DNA of 64,000 nucleotides from Thermoplasmata archaeon (GTDB lineage: Archaea; Thermoplasmatota; Thermoplasmata; Lutacidiplasmatales; UBA184). The notes beneath the pieces were generated by a model. It was not told the DNA's origin. It made no database searches and saw nothing but the letters and a program-made list of their open reading frames with translations. Location of the stretch: the NCBI GenBank assembly GCA_052325545.1, contig JBKQUP010000009.1, forward strand, positions 13,486 through 77,485, in the 5' to 3' direction. The translations under genes were made by a program, and so were the position numbers. Shown here piece by piece: positions 42,874-52,503 of the stretch. The first letter of the stretch is position 1, and each line of letters starts with the position of its first letter.

Positions 42874-45497
42874 GGGGGCTCCTCCTTCGGGGACGACCCG
42901 ACGGATGCCCGGCGCTTGAGATCGCGCAGCGTTCGGGCGGCTTCCTCAGGACCGAGGTGTTCGAGGTCGAGCTGCCGGAGCTCGTCGACCACCGGGTGTT
43001 CGGAGGCTCCCTCCGAAAGCAGCACCGCCTGGGTGTACCGCGGCCCGCGACGGCGAGAGCCCTTCGGAGCCGTCGGCACGACGCTTTCGGTCTCGAGGCG
43101 ATGGAGAAGGCGTTCGGCCTCCTCGAGGACCCCCTCCGGGACCCCCGCGAGGCGCGCCACGTGAACGCCGTAGCTCCGGTCGGTCGCGCCCGGAACCAGA
43201 CGGTGGAGGAAGACGATCCCTTCCGGGCCCTCGTGGACGGCGAAGTGGGCGTTCTCGGCCGCCGAGAGCCCCCGGACCAGGTCGGTGAGCTGATGGTAGT
43301 GGGTCGCGAGCAGGCAACGGGCCCGGGTCGCGTCGTGCAGGTGCCTCAGCGTCGCCCAGGCGATCGCGAGCCCATCGAACGTGCTGGTACCACGACCCAC
43401 CTCGTCGAGCAGGACGAGGGACCGGGCGTCGGCCGAGCGCAGGATCTCGGCGACCTCGCTCATCTCCACCATGAAGCTCGACTTTCCCCGGCCGATCTCG
43501 TCCGTGAAGCCCATCCGGGTGAACAGCTGGGTGACGAGGCCGATCCGGGCGAACTTGGCCGGCAAGAACGACCCCGCCTGCGCGAGGACGACCAGGAGGC
43601 CGACCTGGCGCATGTACGTCGACTTCCCCGACATGTTCGGGCCGGTCAGCACCAACATCCGTCGCCGGTCCGGGTCGAGGTCCAGGTCGTTCGGGACGAA
43701 CGATTCCCCGAGGACCCGGTCGAGCACCGGATGGCGCCCGTCGCGCACCACGAGGACCGAGGAATCGTCGACCGTGGGCCGGACGTAGCCTCGGGTCTGG
43801 GCGAGGTGCGCGAACGTGGCGAGCGCGTCCAGCTCCCCGACGGCGCGGCTGACCCGGTGGACCGCCGGTACGTGACGTTCGACGGAATCGAGGAGCTCCT
43901 CCCAGCGGGTCGCCTCGGCGGTCTTGATCCCGTCCCGCGCTTCCAGGATGCGTCGCTCGATCTCCTCGAGCCGGTCCGACGTGAACCGCTCGGCCTGGGC
44001 GACCGTCTGGCGCCGGCGGAAGTGCGGCGGGACCCGGGCCAAGTGGGGCTTGGTGACCTCGAAGTAGTAGCCGAAGACCTGGTTGTAGCCGACCTTGAGC
44101 GTCCGGATGCCCGAGGCCTCTTGCTCGGACCGCTCGAGGGCGGTCATCTCGCGGAGCGCCGAGCGCTCGGCGTCGCGCCACCGGTCCACCTCGGGGGCGT
44201 GGCCGGGCCGGAACAGCTCGCCCTCGTCCTGCGTGGCCGCGGGATTCTCGGGCAACGCTCCGGCGAGGAACGGGACCAGCCCGGGCGGGGGGGCTAGCTC
44301 CCCGGCGAGCATCGTGAGCCGGACGGAGGACCCACCCTCGGTCAGGCTGCGGCCGAGCGCTTCCGCGGCCTCGAGGCCGGCCCGCAGCGCCACGAGCTCG
44401 GCCGGTCGTACCCGGCGCCCGGCGACCCGGGCCGCGATGCGAGAAAGGTCCGGGACCGACTTGAGCCGCGCGCGCCATCCTTCGAGGGCGGCGCCGCGGT
44501 CGACGAGCGACTGCACCGCGTCCTGACGAACGGCGATCGCCGACGCGTCGGCGAGCGGGTTCGTCAACCAGAACGCGAGCGTGCGCCGGCCCGGGGCGGT
44601 TACGGTCTCGTCCCAGGTCCCGAGAAGGGTGACGCCTTTCGCGTCGTCCGGGTTCATCGGCCGGTTGATCTCGAGGTGTCGGAGCGTCTTCGCGTCCAGA
44701 ACGAGCCGCCGTCCCCCCGCGCCCCGCTCGACGAGGTCGAGATGGGGAAGGAGGCGGGGCTGGGTCGCCCGCAAATAGGCCGCCAATCGGCGGTCGGCCT
44801 CGAGGACCTCTTCGGCCAGGTCCGCTTCACCGCGGAGAGCGCTCGGGAGCTCTCCGGCGACGGCGGGAGCTGGGGCGGCCTCGAGCCGAGCGGACGGGAA
44901 CTCGCGTCGCAGGGCGGCGACGAGAGGGGGTGCCGCCGACTCCTCCCCGACGGCCCATAGGATCTCGCGCGGCTGGAACGCGGCGAGGGAGGAGACGATA
45001 CCCTCCGCACCGTGCCCGTCCGCCGACCCATGGTACCATTCTCCGGTGGTGATGTCGACCGCCGCGTAGGCTCCGAGCTTCCGGGTCGGGGCGACGACGC
45101 TGACGAGGAAGCTGTGGTCGGAGCCCCCGAGGATGCGGTCCTCGACCGCCGTGCCCGGCGTGACGACCCGCGTGACCTCCCGCCGGACCAGGCCCTTCGC
45201 GAAGCGCGGGTCCTCGACCTGGTCGCAGATCGCCACCTTGTAGCCCTTCCGCACGAGACGACCAAGGTACGTCTCCACCGAGTGGTGGGGAACGCCCGCC
45301 ATCGGGGTCCGGACGCCCTGGGCGTCCGCGGCCCGGGCGGTCAAGACCACGTCGACCTCGCGCGACAGGAGCCGCGCGTCGTCCCCGTAGGTCTCGTAGA
45401 AGTCCCCCACGCGGAAGAGCACGAGGTGGCCGGGGTACCGTGCCTTGACACCCTCGTACTGTTCTAGCAGAGGGGTCAGGGGCAGCGGTTCGGGCAT
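42870..45497 (-). CDS. mutS: DNA mismatch repair protein MutS (MutS1)
   Basis: FRVGDFYE, TGPNMSGKST, SSFMVEM, DEVGRGTST, ATHYH. Confidence 0.97.
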   Translation of the reverse strand: MPEPLPLTPLLEQYEGVKARYPGHLVLFRVGDFYETYGDDARLLSREVDVVLTARAADAQGVRTPMAGVPHHSVETYLGRLVRKGYKVAICDQVEDPRFAKGLVRREVTRVVTPGTAVEDRILGGSDHSFLVSVVAPTRKLGAYAAVDITTGEWYHGSADGHGAEGIVSSLAAFQPREILWAVGEESAAPPLVAALRREFPSARLEAAPAPAVAGELPSALRGEADLAEEVLEADRRLAAYLRATQPRLLPHLDLVERGAGGRRLVLDAKTLRHLEINRPMNPDDAKGVTLLGTWDETVTAPGRRTLAFWLTNPLADASAIAVRQDAVQSLVDRGAALEGWRARLKSVPDLSRIAARVAGRRVRPAELVALRAGLEAAEALGRSLTEGGSSVRLTMLAGELAPPPGLVPFLAGALPENPAATQDEGELFRPGHAPEVDRWRDAERSALREMTALERSEQEASGIRTLKVGYNQVFGYYFEVTKPHLARVPPHFRRRQTVAQAERFTSDRLEEIERRILEARDGIKTAEATRWEELLDSVERHVPAVHRVSRAVGELDALATFAHLAQTRGYVRPTVDDSSVLVVRDGRHPVLDRVLGESFVPNDLDLDPDRRRMLVLTGPNMSGKSTYMRQVGLLVVLAQAGSFLPAKFARIGLVTQLFTRMGFTDEIGRGKSSFMVEMSEVAEILRSADARSLVLLDEVGRGTSTFDGLAIAWATLRHLHDATRARCLLATHYHQLTDLVRGLSAAENAHFAVHEGPEGIVFLHRLVPGATDRSYGVHVARLAGVPEGVLEEAERLLHRLETESVVPTAPKGSRRRGPRYTQAVLLSEGASEHPVVDELRQLDLEHLGPEEAARTLRDLKRRASVGSSPKEEPP

Positions 45498-45556
45498 CGG
45501 GCGCGGCGTGGAGCGGAGGACCCCATATAATCCAATTCAGCCGGCGAGAGGCGGGA

Positions 45557-45640
45557 CGCTGAGGGGGAGATTTGAACTCCCGTGGCGGAACCGCCACCAG
45601 CTTTCAAGGCTGGCGCCTTGCCGGGCTAGGCTACCTCAGC
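45557..45640 (-). tRNA. tRNA-Ser(UGA), no intron
   Basis: GCTGAGG/CCTCAGC, CCAGC-CTTGAAA-GCTGG, long variable arm TGGCGG-TT-CCGCCA, GGGAG-TTCAAAT-CTCCC. Confidence 0.96.
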
Positions 45641-45706
45641 GCATCGGGCAGAGCGGAGCCGGGAGGAATAAACCCTCCCTTTGGGAGGGGGTCCGGGGCG
45701 GAGGAG

Positions 45707-45808
45707 TGCAGGTGCCGGGACATCCGCGCGAGACCTGGTCGGGTCTCGCGTTTCGAACCCGGGTAGTCAGCTTGGAGGGCTGACATCCTACCACTAGATT
45801 ACACCTGC
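45707..45808 (-). tRNA. tRNA-Gly(UCC) with a 31-nt T-loop (59/60) intron at 45721-45751
   Basis: GCAGGTG/CACCTGC, TCAGC-CCTCCAA-GCTGA, CCGGG-TTCGAA^T-CCCGG; mature length 71 nt; strict BHB. Confidence 0.92.
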
Positions 45809-45848
45809 ACGGCCGCCGCCGGACCGAGGGCGCGACCGCCCTGCGTGG

Positions 45849-46415
45849 TTAATGCTTTTCGTTTGCAGTGTGGGCCGCCGGAGCCGAAAGGTCGAGGAGC
45901 GCCACCCGTTCGAGGACGAGGCCTTCCCACCCCGATGGCGGGACCGCGCTCCGCTCCGCGGCCTCGATCCCGAGCCGCTCGAGGACCTGCTCGTCCACCG
46001 GCCTCGGGTACGCGCTCGGGTCCAGCGTGAGCTCGAACCGTTCGAGGAGAACGGCGGGGTCCTGCGGGCGCTCGGTGACCAGGACGAACTGCTCGGTCGC
46101 ATCGGAGACCCCGACCTTCGCGAGGGCCCGCGGAAGCTGGTCGTCGCCGGCGACGTACAGGGCGAACTCCGCGCCCCGGTCCCGGAGGCGGATCTCGCCG
46201 CGGGTGCGGGCACGCCCGAGATGCGCCCAGGCGGAGAGGAGGTGTCGCTCTCCCGCCACCGCGCGCGCGTCGAAGAGGGCGACGAGCGCCGGCGACTCCT
46301 TGGCCAGCTCCCGGAGGGTCCGGATGATCGCGTCCGTCGCGGGGCTACCGGGACGGGAGCGACGGGCACCGACCGCTCGGACCGGGCGTTCCTCGGGCGG
46401 GGGCAGAGGGGTCAT
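45849..46415 (-). CDS. cgi121: KEOPS complex subunit Cgi121
   Basis: FDARAVAGERHL, EFALYVAGDDQLPRAL, LVLERVALLD. Confidence 0.85.
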   Translation of the reverse strand: MTPLPPPEERPVRAVGARRSRPGSPATDAIIRTLRELAKESPALVALFDARAVAGERHLLSAWAHLGRARTRGEIRLRDRGAEFALYVAGDDQLPRALAKVGVSDATEQFVLVTERPQDPAVLLERFELTLDPSAYPRPVDEQVLERLGIEAAERSAVPPSGWEGLVLERVALLDLSAPAAHTANEKH

Positions 46416-46425
46416 CGAACCGGGG

Positions 46426-47037
46426 TCACTCCCGCATGAACTTGAGGAACTCGTCGAGGGTCCGGGGCTGGAGAGTGTAGTTCTCCTCCCGTTCCCGCCC
46501 GATCGTGGAGGTCGGCGTCGTGCCGTAGTCGTGACCGGGGAGCACGACGAGCGCGTCGTCCAGGGTGAGGAGCCGGTGGTGGAGGCTGTCGTAGAGCTGG
46601 GCGGTGTCCCCGCCCGGAAGGTCGGTGCGCCCGCACTCGCCGACGAAGAGGGTGTCGCCGGTGGCGACGTTCCCCTCGAAGACGTAGAGGACGCTGTCCT
46701 TCGTGTGCCCCGGCGTGTGAACGACGTGGAACCGCAGCCGCCCGGCGGCGATCGCGTCCCCGTCGTCGACCGAGACGTCTTGGTGGATCGGCGCGACGCG
46801 GTGCGCGACGACCTTCGCCCCCGTCCGCTCCTTCACCTCATCGTTGCCGGCGATGTGGTCCGGGTGGCTGTGCGTGTTGAGGATGTAGCGGACCTTCACC
46901 CCCCGCGCGTCGATCGCCTCGAGGACCGGGTCGATCCCGAACGAGGGGTCGATGACGACCCCCTCACCTCCGGGCTCCTCCGCCACGAGGTACGTGAAGT
47001 TCAGGTACGGGCCGATGCGGAACTGGTCGAGGAGCAC
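46426..47037 (-). CDS. metallo-beta-lactamase fold hydrolase (glyoxalase II-like)
   Basis: THSHPDH, HTPGHT, TGDTLF, PGHDY; GTG start 47037. Confidence 0.9.
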   Translation of the reverse strand: MLLDQFRIGPYLNFTYLVAEEPGGEGVVIDPSFGIDPVLEAIDARGVKVRYILNTHSHPDHIAGNDEVKERTGAKVVAHRVAPIHQDVSVDDGDAIAAGRLRFHVVHTPGHTKDSVLYVFEGNVATGDTLFVGECGRTDLPGGDTAQLYDSLHHRLLTLDDALVVLPGHDYGTTPTSTIGREREENYTLQPRTLDEFLKFMRE

Positions 47038-47080
47038 ATCCCGGCGAGAAAGGGAGCGTATTTGAGACTGGGGGCACGAA

Positions 47081-48016
47081 CTACGGGCTGCCCGGTTCGG
47101 GCGCCGTGGTCCGGCGACCCGTGACGGCGTCGAGGACGACCCGGCCCTGGGACCCCTCGGCGTACCAGTGCGGCACGTAGAGCAGGACGAACGGCCCGAG
47201 CCGGATGTCGTCGGCGGAGGGCGGGACCCGACGGGTCTCGATGACGAGCGCTCCCTGGTGCTGTTCGGTGTGGTCGACGTGGACCGTATGGTGCCGGCGG
47301 ATCGCATCGAGCGCGAGCGGGACGACCTGGGACTCGTCGAGCTGGGGAGAGAGCCGCTGGTGCGGTTCGCTGAGGTCCGCGATCAGCTCGCGGTCGCCGT
47401 CCGCCCAGATCTCGGCGCGACGGGTGACCGAGTTGACAGCGACCAGGTTGCGGACGACCGCGCCATGGCCTCCGTCGGGAGAGGCCGGGCGGACGCGATA
47501 GGCCGCGACGAAGAACGGGACGAGCCGCAGGGTGGACCGGGGGCCATCCACACCGGCGAGGGTCTCCGCTTCCGACCGGTCGATCCGAGGCCGCACCGTC
47601 CGCTCGCCGTGGGGCGCGATCGCGAACGGCGGCTCGAGCGGGCCCCCGGGGTCCGCATCCACGGGCGAAAGCTCCGCTCCGGCGGGCGGTAGGAGCAGGA
47701 TCTCGCCGAGGCCGGGACCGAGGGTCGATGGGTCGAGGACCTCGATCCCCCGGTCGGCGGCGAGCGCGCGCGCGACCTCCCCGGGTTCGTCGTCGTAGAC
47801 GATCGTGCGGTGGATGCTTTCCGAGGGAAAGAACGCCTCGATGTCGGCCGGGGACCGGGCGGCCGTGAGGATCACCACGGCCCGTCGGTCGCGCCCGCGG
47901 ACCGCCACGAGCGTGTCCTGACGGACCTCGACGCGGTACCCGGCCGCCTCGAGGAGCTTACCGAGGACCGAACCGGGCGGCCCGCTGCGGGTCATCAGGC
48001 TGCGGACGCGCGCCAT
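47081..48016 (-). CDS. hypothetical protein; N-terminus resembles an inactive restriction-endonuclease fold
   Basis: LLEAAGYRV..LVAVRG, ALAADRGIEVLD, repeated VNSVT/LDAVTG. Confidence 0.65.
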   Translation of the reverse strand: MARVRSLMTRSGPPGSVLGKLLEAAGYRVEVRQDTLVAVRGRDRRAVVILTAARSPADIEAFFPSESIHRTIVYDDEPGEVARALAADRGIEVLDPSTLGPGLGEILLLPPAGAELSPVDADPGGPLEPPFAIAPHGERTVRPRIDRSEAETLAGVDGPRSTLRLVPFFVAAYRVRPASPDGGHGAVVRNLVAVNSVTRRAEIWADGDRELIADLSEPHQRLSPQLDESQVVPLALDAIRRHHTVHVDHTEQHQGALVIETRRVPPSADDIRLGPFVLLYVPHWYAEGSQGRVVLDAVTGRRTTAPEPGSP

Positions 48017-48105
48017 GGAATAAGTGGGTTCCGCTCGTCTGGCGACGGCGGCACGCGTTCGCGAGTCTCCGCTCCACAGCGGCGTCTTCCGCCGAAAGAG
48101 AGCTA

Positions 48106-48951
48106 ATGTTCCCGACCACCCCTGGGGAGGTCGTGGGCCGGTTCTGGGTCGGTTGCTCCGGTTGGGCGTACGACGATTGGGTCGGGCCGTTCTATCCTCC
48201 CGGGACCGCGCCGGGCGACTTCCTCCTTTGCTACGCCCGTGTGTTCCGAGTCGTAGAGGTGGATTCGAGCTTCTATCGGGCGCCCAGCCCTTTCCTCATC
48301 CGTCGGTGGGCGGAACGTACGCCCGATGGGTTCCGCTTCGCTCTCAAGGTTCCGCGGGATGTGACCCACGAGACGGCGCCGTCGACCGTGCACGATGTCC
48401 TCGGCCCTTTTCTTTCGAGCCTCGAGCCACTCCGCTCGCGCGGCAAGCTCGGGCCCGTGGTCCTTCAGTTCCCGCCATCGTTCCGCGCGACCGCAGGGAG
48501 GGCCCGCCTCGAACTCCTGCTCGAGGCCATTCCTCGCGAGTACGAGCTCGCGGTAGAGCTCCGGCACGGCTCATGGTGGACGGACGCCACGCGTTCGCTG
48601 CTGGAGAGCCGAAAGGCGACGCTGGTCTGGTCGGTCGTTCCCGAGACCCGACCTCCGCCCTGGGTAACGGGCGACTTCCTGTACGCCCGGTTCATCGGCG
48701 ACCGGGCCCTCACGCAGTTCGACCGGATCCAGCGGGACGCACGCCCCGAGATCGTCGCGATGAAGAGCCTTTTCGAGAACGAGGGACGCGCGATCGCGAC
48801 CATCTACGCGTTCGCGAACAACCACTTCATGGGCTTCGGGCCGGGAACGGCCGCGGTCATCTCCGAACTGTTGGGGGAGCCGCGCCCCGACCTGGGGGCC
48901 GTTGGCCGTCCCCCGGGCCAGAGCCGCCTCGAGCCGGGGTCCGAAGGGTGA
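48106..48951 (+). CDS. DUF72 family protein
   Basis: GCSGWAYDDWVGPFYP, VEVDSSFY, LQFPPSF, ELRHGSW, NNH. Confidence 0.92.
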   Translation: MFPTTPGEVVGRFWVGCSGWAYDDWVGPFYPPGTAPGDFLLCYARVFRVVEVDSSFYRAPSPFLIRRWAERTPDGFRFALKVPRDVTHETAPSTVHDVLGPFLSSLEPLRSRGKLGPVVLQFPPSFRATAGRARLELLLEAIPREYELAVELRHGSWWTDATRSLLESRKATLVWSVVPETRPPPWVTGDFLYARFIGDRALTQFDRIQRDARPEIVAMKSLFENEGRAIATIYAFANNHFMGFGPGTAAVISELLGEPRPDLGAVGRPPGQSRLEPGSEG

Positions 48952-49074
48952 TCGTGCCCGGCTCCGCCCGAGCACGTGGGCCGACCTGGTCGACGCGGCA
49001 TCGCCGGCGGTTCAGGGGACAACGCTCAATAGAGCGGCCCGTTCTTTCAGGGTCCCCCGCCGATAAGGACGTCA

Positions 49075-50034
49075 ATGGACACCGAGGCGCCCGAACCGAA
49101 CCCGGTCCGTAGTCGGATGCGGTGGCTCGCCACGGAGGGGGCCCAGACCCTGACGGTCCTTCGGAACTGGCCTACCTACTGGGTGGACCGGTTCCTCGGG
49201 CGACGTCCCGCGTCCTTGCGCTTCCGCCGGGGATTCTCGTTCCCCAAGCCTACCCGGGACGAGGCGGGGACCCTCCTGTTCCTGGGCGCCAACGGAGTGA
49301 GGTTCGGCGAAGCTCCCGACCCTTCGCGCCTGTCATGGGGATTGGATCCCCGCGACCGGATCATCACGACCCCGACGGGGATCCGGTTCCACCTGCCCTC
49401 GGTGGAGGGCGTGATCCTCGCCGAGACGTATCTCTACGACATCCACTTCGCGGGTGACCTGCCCGGGAAGACGGTGGTCGATATCGGAGCCAATGTGGGC
49501 GACACGGCCCTCTACTTCGCCGAGCGGGGTGCGGAGGTCTTGGCCTACGAGCCCGACCCCGCGAACTACGAGTGGCTGCTCTCCAACCTCGACCTCAATC
49601 CGAATCTGCGCCCCCGCGTCCACCCGTTCCCCTTCGCGGCGGGCGTGGACGGGGAGGTCGAGTTTCATGTGGGTCTGCGCGGGGGCAGCAGCATCTACGA
49701 GACCGCGGGCACCGTTCGCCGGGTGAAGTCCGTCAGCCTGGAAACCATCCTCGCGGGAAAGGACCGCATCCACCTGCTCAAGGCCGACTGCAAAGGCGCG
49801 GAGCACGAGCTGGCCCGACAGCCGGCGATCGGCCGGTTCGACCACATCGCGATCGAGTACTACTGGTCCGTGCCCGGACTTCCCCCGGGCGAGACACCCC
49901 TAACGGTGTTGCTCGCGCGGTTGCGCGAACAGGGCTTCGGGCACTTCCGAGTCTTCAAGCATAACACGGGCTCGCTCCCGCTCGGCCAGCACGGTATGCT
50001 CGAAGCCGATCACGACCGGACCACTGTCTCGTAA
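49075..50034 (+). CDS. FkbM family methyltransferase
   Basis: VVDIGANVGD, AYEPDP, LLKADCKGAE. Confidence 0.85.
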   Translation: MDTEAPEPNPVRSRMRWLATEGAQTLTVLRNWPTYWVDRFLGRRPASLRFRRGFSFPKPTRDEAGTLLFLGANGVRFGEAPDPSRLSWGLDPRDRIITTPTGIRFHLPSVEGVILAETYLYDIHFAGDLPGKTVVDIGANVGDTALYFAERGAEVLAYEPDPANYEWLLSNLDLNPNLRPRVHPFPFAAGVDGEVEFHVGLRGGSSIYETAGTVRRVKSVSLETILAGKDRIHLLKADCKGAEHELARQPAIGRFDHIAIEYYWSVPGLPPGETPLTVLLARLREQGFGHFRVFKHNTGSLPLGQHGMLEADHDRTTVS

Positions 50035-50172
50035 GCTTCGGGGCCCGAGGCGGCGGTACCGGGTCCGGTAGAATCCCAAGCGGCGTTTCTCGGCGGACCG
50101 ACAGCGCGCCTCCGGGCGCGTCCTCCCGAGGACAATCTATTTAGGTCGCTCCGGGGTCCAAACCTCTCGTAG

Positions 50173-52398
50173 ATGGCCGAGGCTATCACCCTGCGAGTCG
50201 CCGAAGCGTTCCAGCAGGACATCGGCTTGGGGACGGCCCGCCTCGACGTTCAAACGCGGCAACGGCTCAAGGTGGGCCTCCAGGACATCATCGAGGTCCG
50301 GGGCCGCAAGCCCACGCCCGCCGTGGTCGCCCGGGCCCAGCAAGAGGACGAAGGCAAGGGGCTCGTCCGTATCGAAGCGGTGGTCCGTCGCAACGCGGGG
50401 GTCAGCATCGGGGACCGGGTCTCGGTCCAGCGGGTCGACTGCCCGAACGCCGACGCGGTGACGATCGCCCCGATCTACGCCGGGTCTGCGCGCATGGACC
50501 TCGGGCCGGGCCTCGAGAGCTTCGTCGCGAAGGCGCTCGCCCGCCGTCCGTTCATCCGCGGCGATGTGTTCGTGATCCCCGGCGTCTTCCTCATGGGGGG
50601 CTCGCTCCCCTTCATGGTGGTCTCCACCCAGCCGAAGGGGATCGTCCAGGTCGCTCCGTCGTCGCTGATTACGATCAAGGAGGAGACCGTCAGCGAGACC
50701 GAGGTCAGCGCGCCTCGGATCTCCTACGAGGACATCGGTGGCCTCACCGAGAAGCTCGGTCGGGTGCGGGAGATGATCGAGCTCCCACTGAAGCACCCCG
50801 AGCTGTTCGACCGCCTCGCCATCACACCTCCTAAGGGGGTCCTGCTCTACGGGCCGCCGGGGACGGGGAAGACGCTCATCGCCAAGGCCGTCGCGAACGA
50901 GGCGGGCGCCCACTTCATCGGGATCCAGGGTCCCGAGATCATCTCGAAGTACTACGGGGAGAGCGAGAAGGAGCTCCGCGAGAAGTTCGAGGAGGCGGAG
51001 AAGAACGCCCCGAGCGTGATCTTCATCGACGAGCTCGACTCGATCGCGCCTCGCCGGGACGAGGTCACCGGCGAGGTCGAGCGCCGGGTCGTCGCGACCT
51101 TGCTGACCCTGATGGACGGACTCTCGGGCCGCGGGAACGTCATCGTGATCGCCGCGACCAACCGGGAGGAGGCGATCGACCCCGCCCTCCGCCGCCCCGG
51201 CCGGTTCGACCGGGAGATCGAGATCGGGGTGCCGACCATGGAGGGCCGGCTCGAGATCCTCCAGATCCACACCCGGGGGATGCCGATCGACGGCACCGAC
51301 CGGGACCGCGAACGGATTTTGAAGGTCCTCGCGGCCCAAAGCCACGGGTTCGTGGGCGCGGACCTCTCGTCGCTCGCCCGGGAAGCCGCGATGCGGGCGC
51401 TGCGACGCTACCTCCCCGAGATCGATTTCGACCAGCCGATCCCGCTCTCGCTGCTCGAGCGGATGAAGGTCACCGAGCACGACTTCCGAGAGGCGCTCAA
51501 GCAGATCGAACCCTCGAGCCTAAGGGACGTCGCGGTCGAGGTCCCGACCGTCCACTGGGAGCAGGTGGGCGGCGTCGAGCGGGTCCGGCGGATCCTCGAG
51601 GAATCGGTCGAGCTCCCGTTCAAGAACCCGCAGGTCTACCGCCACATGGGCATCGAACCGCCGCGCGGCATCCTCCTCTACGGCCCGCCGGGCGTCGGGA
51701 AGACCCTCCTCGCGAAGGCCGCCGCGACGGAGAGTCAGGCGAACTTCATCTCGGTGAAGGGCCCCGAAGTGATGAGCAAGTGGGTCGGGGAGAGCGAGAA
51801 GGCCATCCGAATGATCTTCAAGAAGGCGCGGCAGGCCTCCCCGTCAATCGTTTTCATCGACGAGATCGACGCCATCGCCCCGCGCCGGGGGCTGCAGAAC
51901 TCGAGCGGCGTCACGGAGCGGATCGTCAACCAGCTCCTCACCTCGATCGACGGGCTCGAATCCCTCGAGCGGGTGCTCGTGATCGCCGCGACGAACCGGC
52001 CGGACATCGTCGACGAAGCGCTCCTTCGGACGGGTCGGTTCGACCGTCTGCTCTACGTCGAGCCCCCCACCATCGCCGGGCGGCTCGAGATCCTGAAGGT
52101 GCACACCAAGACGATGCCGCTCGCGGAGGACCTCGACCTGAACGCCCTCGCGGCGAAGACCGACGGATACGTCGGAAGCGACCTCGCGGCGCTCTGCCGG
52201 GAGGCCGGGCTCACCGCGATCCGGGAGAACATCAAGGCCACGAAGGTCACCCGCGCCCACTTTGAGGCCGCCCTCAAGCAAGTGCGGCCCTCGATCGACG
52301 CGGAGGGACTGAAGTTCTACTCCGAGTTCGAACGCCACCTCTTGCGCGAGCGGGTGACGCCCCGCCGCGACGAGCCGGTCGAGGCCATCTACCGATAG
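50173..52398 (+). CDS. cdc48: VAT / CDC48 family AAA+ ATPase
   Basis: N domain plus two AAA modules: [28 protein letters not shown]. Confidence 0.96.
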   Translation: MAEAITLRVAEAFQQDIGLGTARLDVQTRQRLKVGLQDIIEVRGRKPTPAVVARAQQEDEGKGLVRIEAVVRRNAGVSIGDRVSVQRVDCPNADAVTIAPIYAGSARMDLGPGLESFVAKALARRPFIRGDVFVIPGVFLMGGSLPFMVVSTQPKGIVQVAPSSLITIKEETVSETEVSAPRISYEDIGGLTEKLGRVREMIELPLKHPELFDRLAITPPKGVLLYGPPGTGKTLIAKAVANEAGAHFIGIQGPEIISKYYGESEKELREKFEEAEKNAPSVIFIDELDSIAPRRDEVTGEVERRVVATLLTLMDGLSGRGNVIVIAATNREEAIDPALRRPGRFDREIEIGVPTMEGRLEILQIHTRGMPIDGTDRDRERILKVLAAQSHGFVGADLSSLAREAAMRALRRYLPEIDFDQPIPLSLLERMKVTEHDFREALKQIEPSSLRDVAVEVPTVHWEQVGGVERVRRILEESVELPFKNPQVYRHMGIEPPRGILLYGPPGVGKTLLAKAAATESQANFISVKGPEVMSKWVGESEKAIRMIFKKARQASPSIVFIDEIDAIAPRRGLQNSSGVTERIVNQLLTSIDGLESLERVLVIAATNRPDIVDEALLRTGRFDRLLYVEPPTIAGRLEILKVHTKTMPLAEDLDLNALAAKTDGYVGSDLAALCREAGLTAIRENIKATKVTRAHFEAALKQVRPSIDAEGLKFYSEFERHLLRERVTPRRDEPVEAIYR

Positions 52399-52503
52399 GG
52401 TGCGTCGCCGACGCAGGCCGCAGCCCCTTCGCAAAGCAAGCTATATGTAGCAGAGCCAAGTTCGGCGCGCCGCCTCCGATAGGGGGCCACCGATACGGGA
52501 GAT

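Noticed and set aside
42870..45808. mutSL as an island integrated at tRNA-Ser
   Set aside because: No integrase, no duplicated tRNA 3' end seen, composition like the flanks, and mutS has an archaeal TTATAT box ~27 nt upstream.
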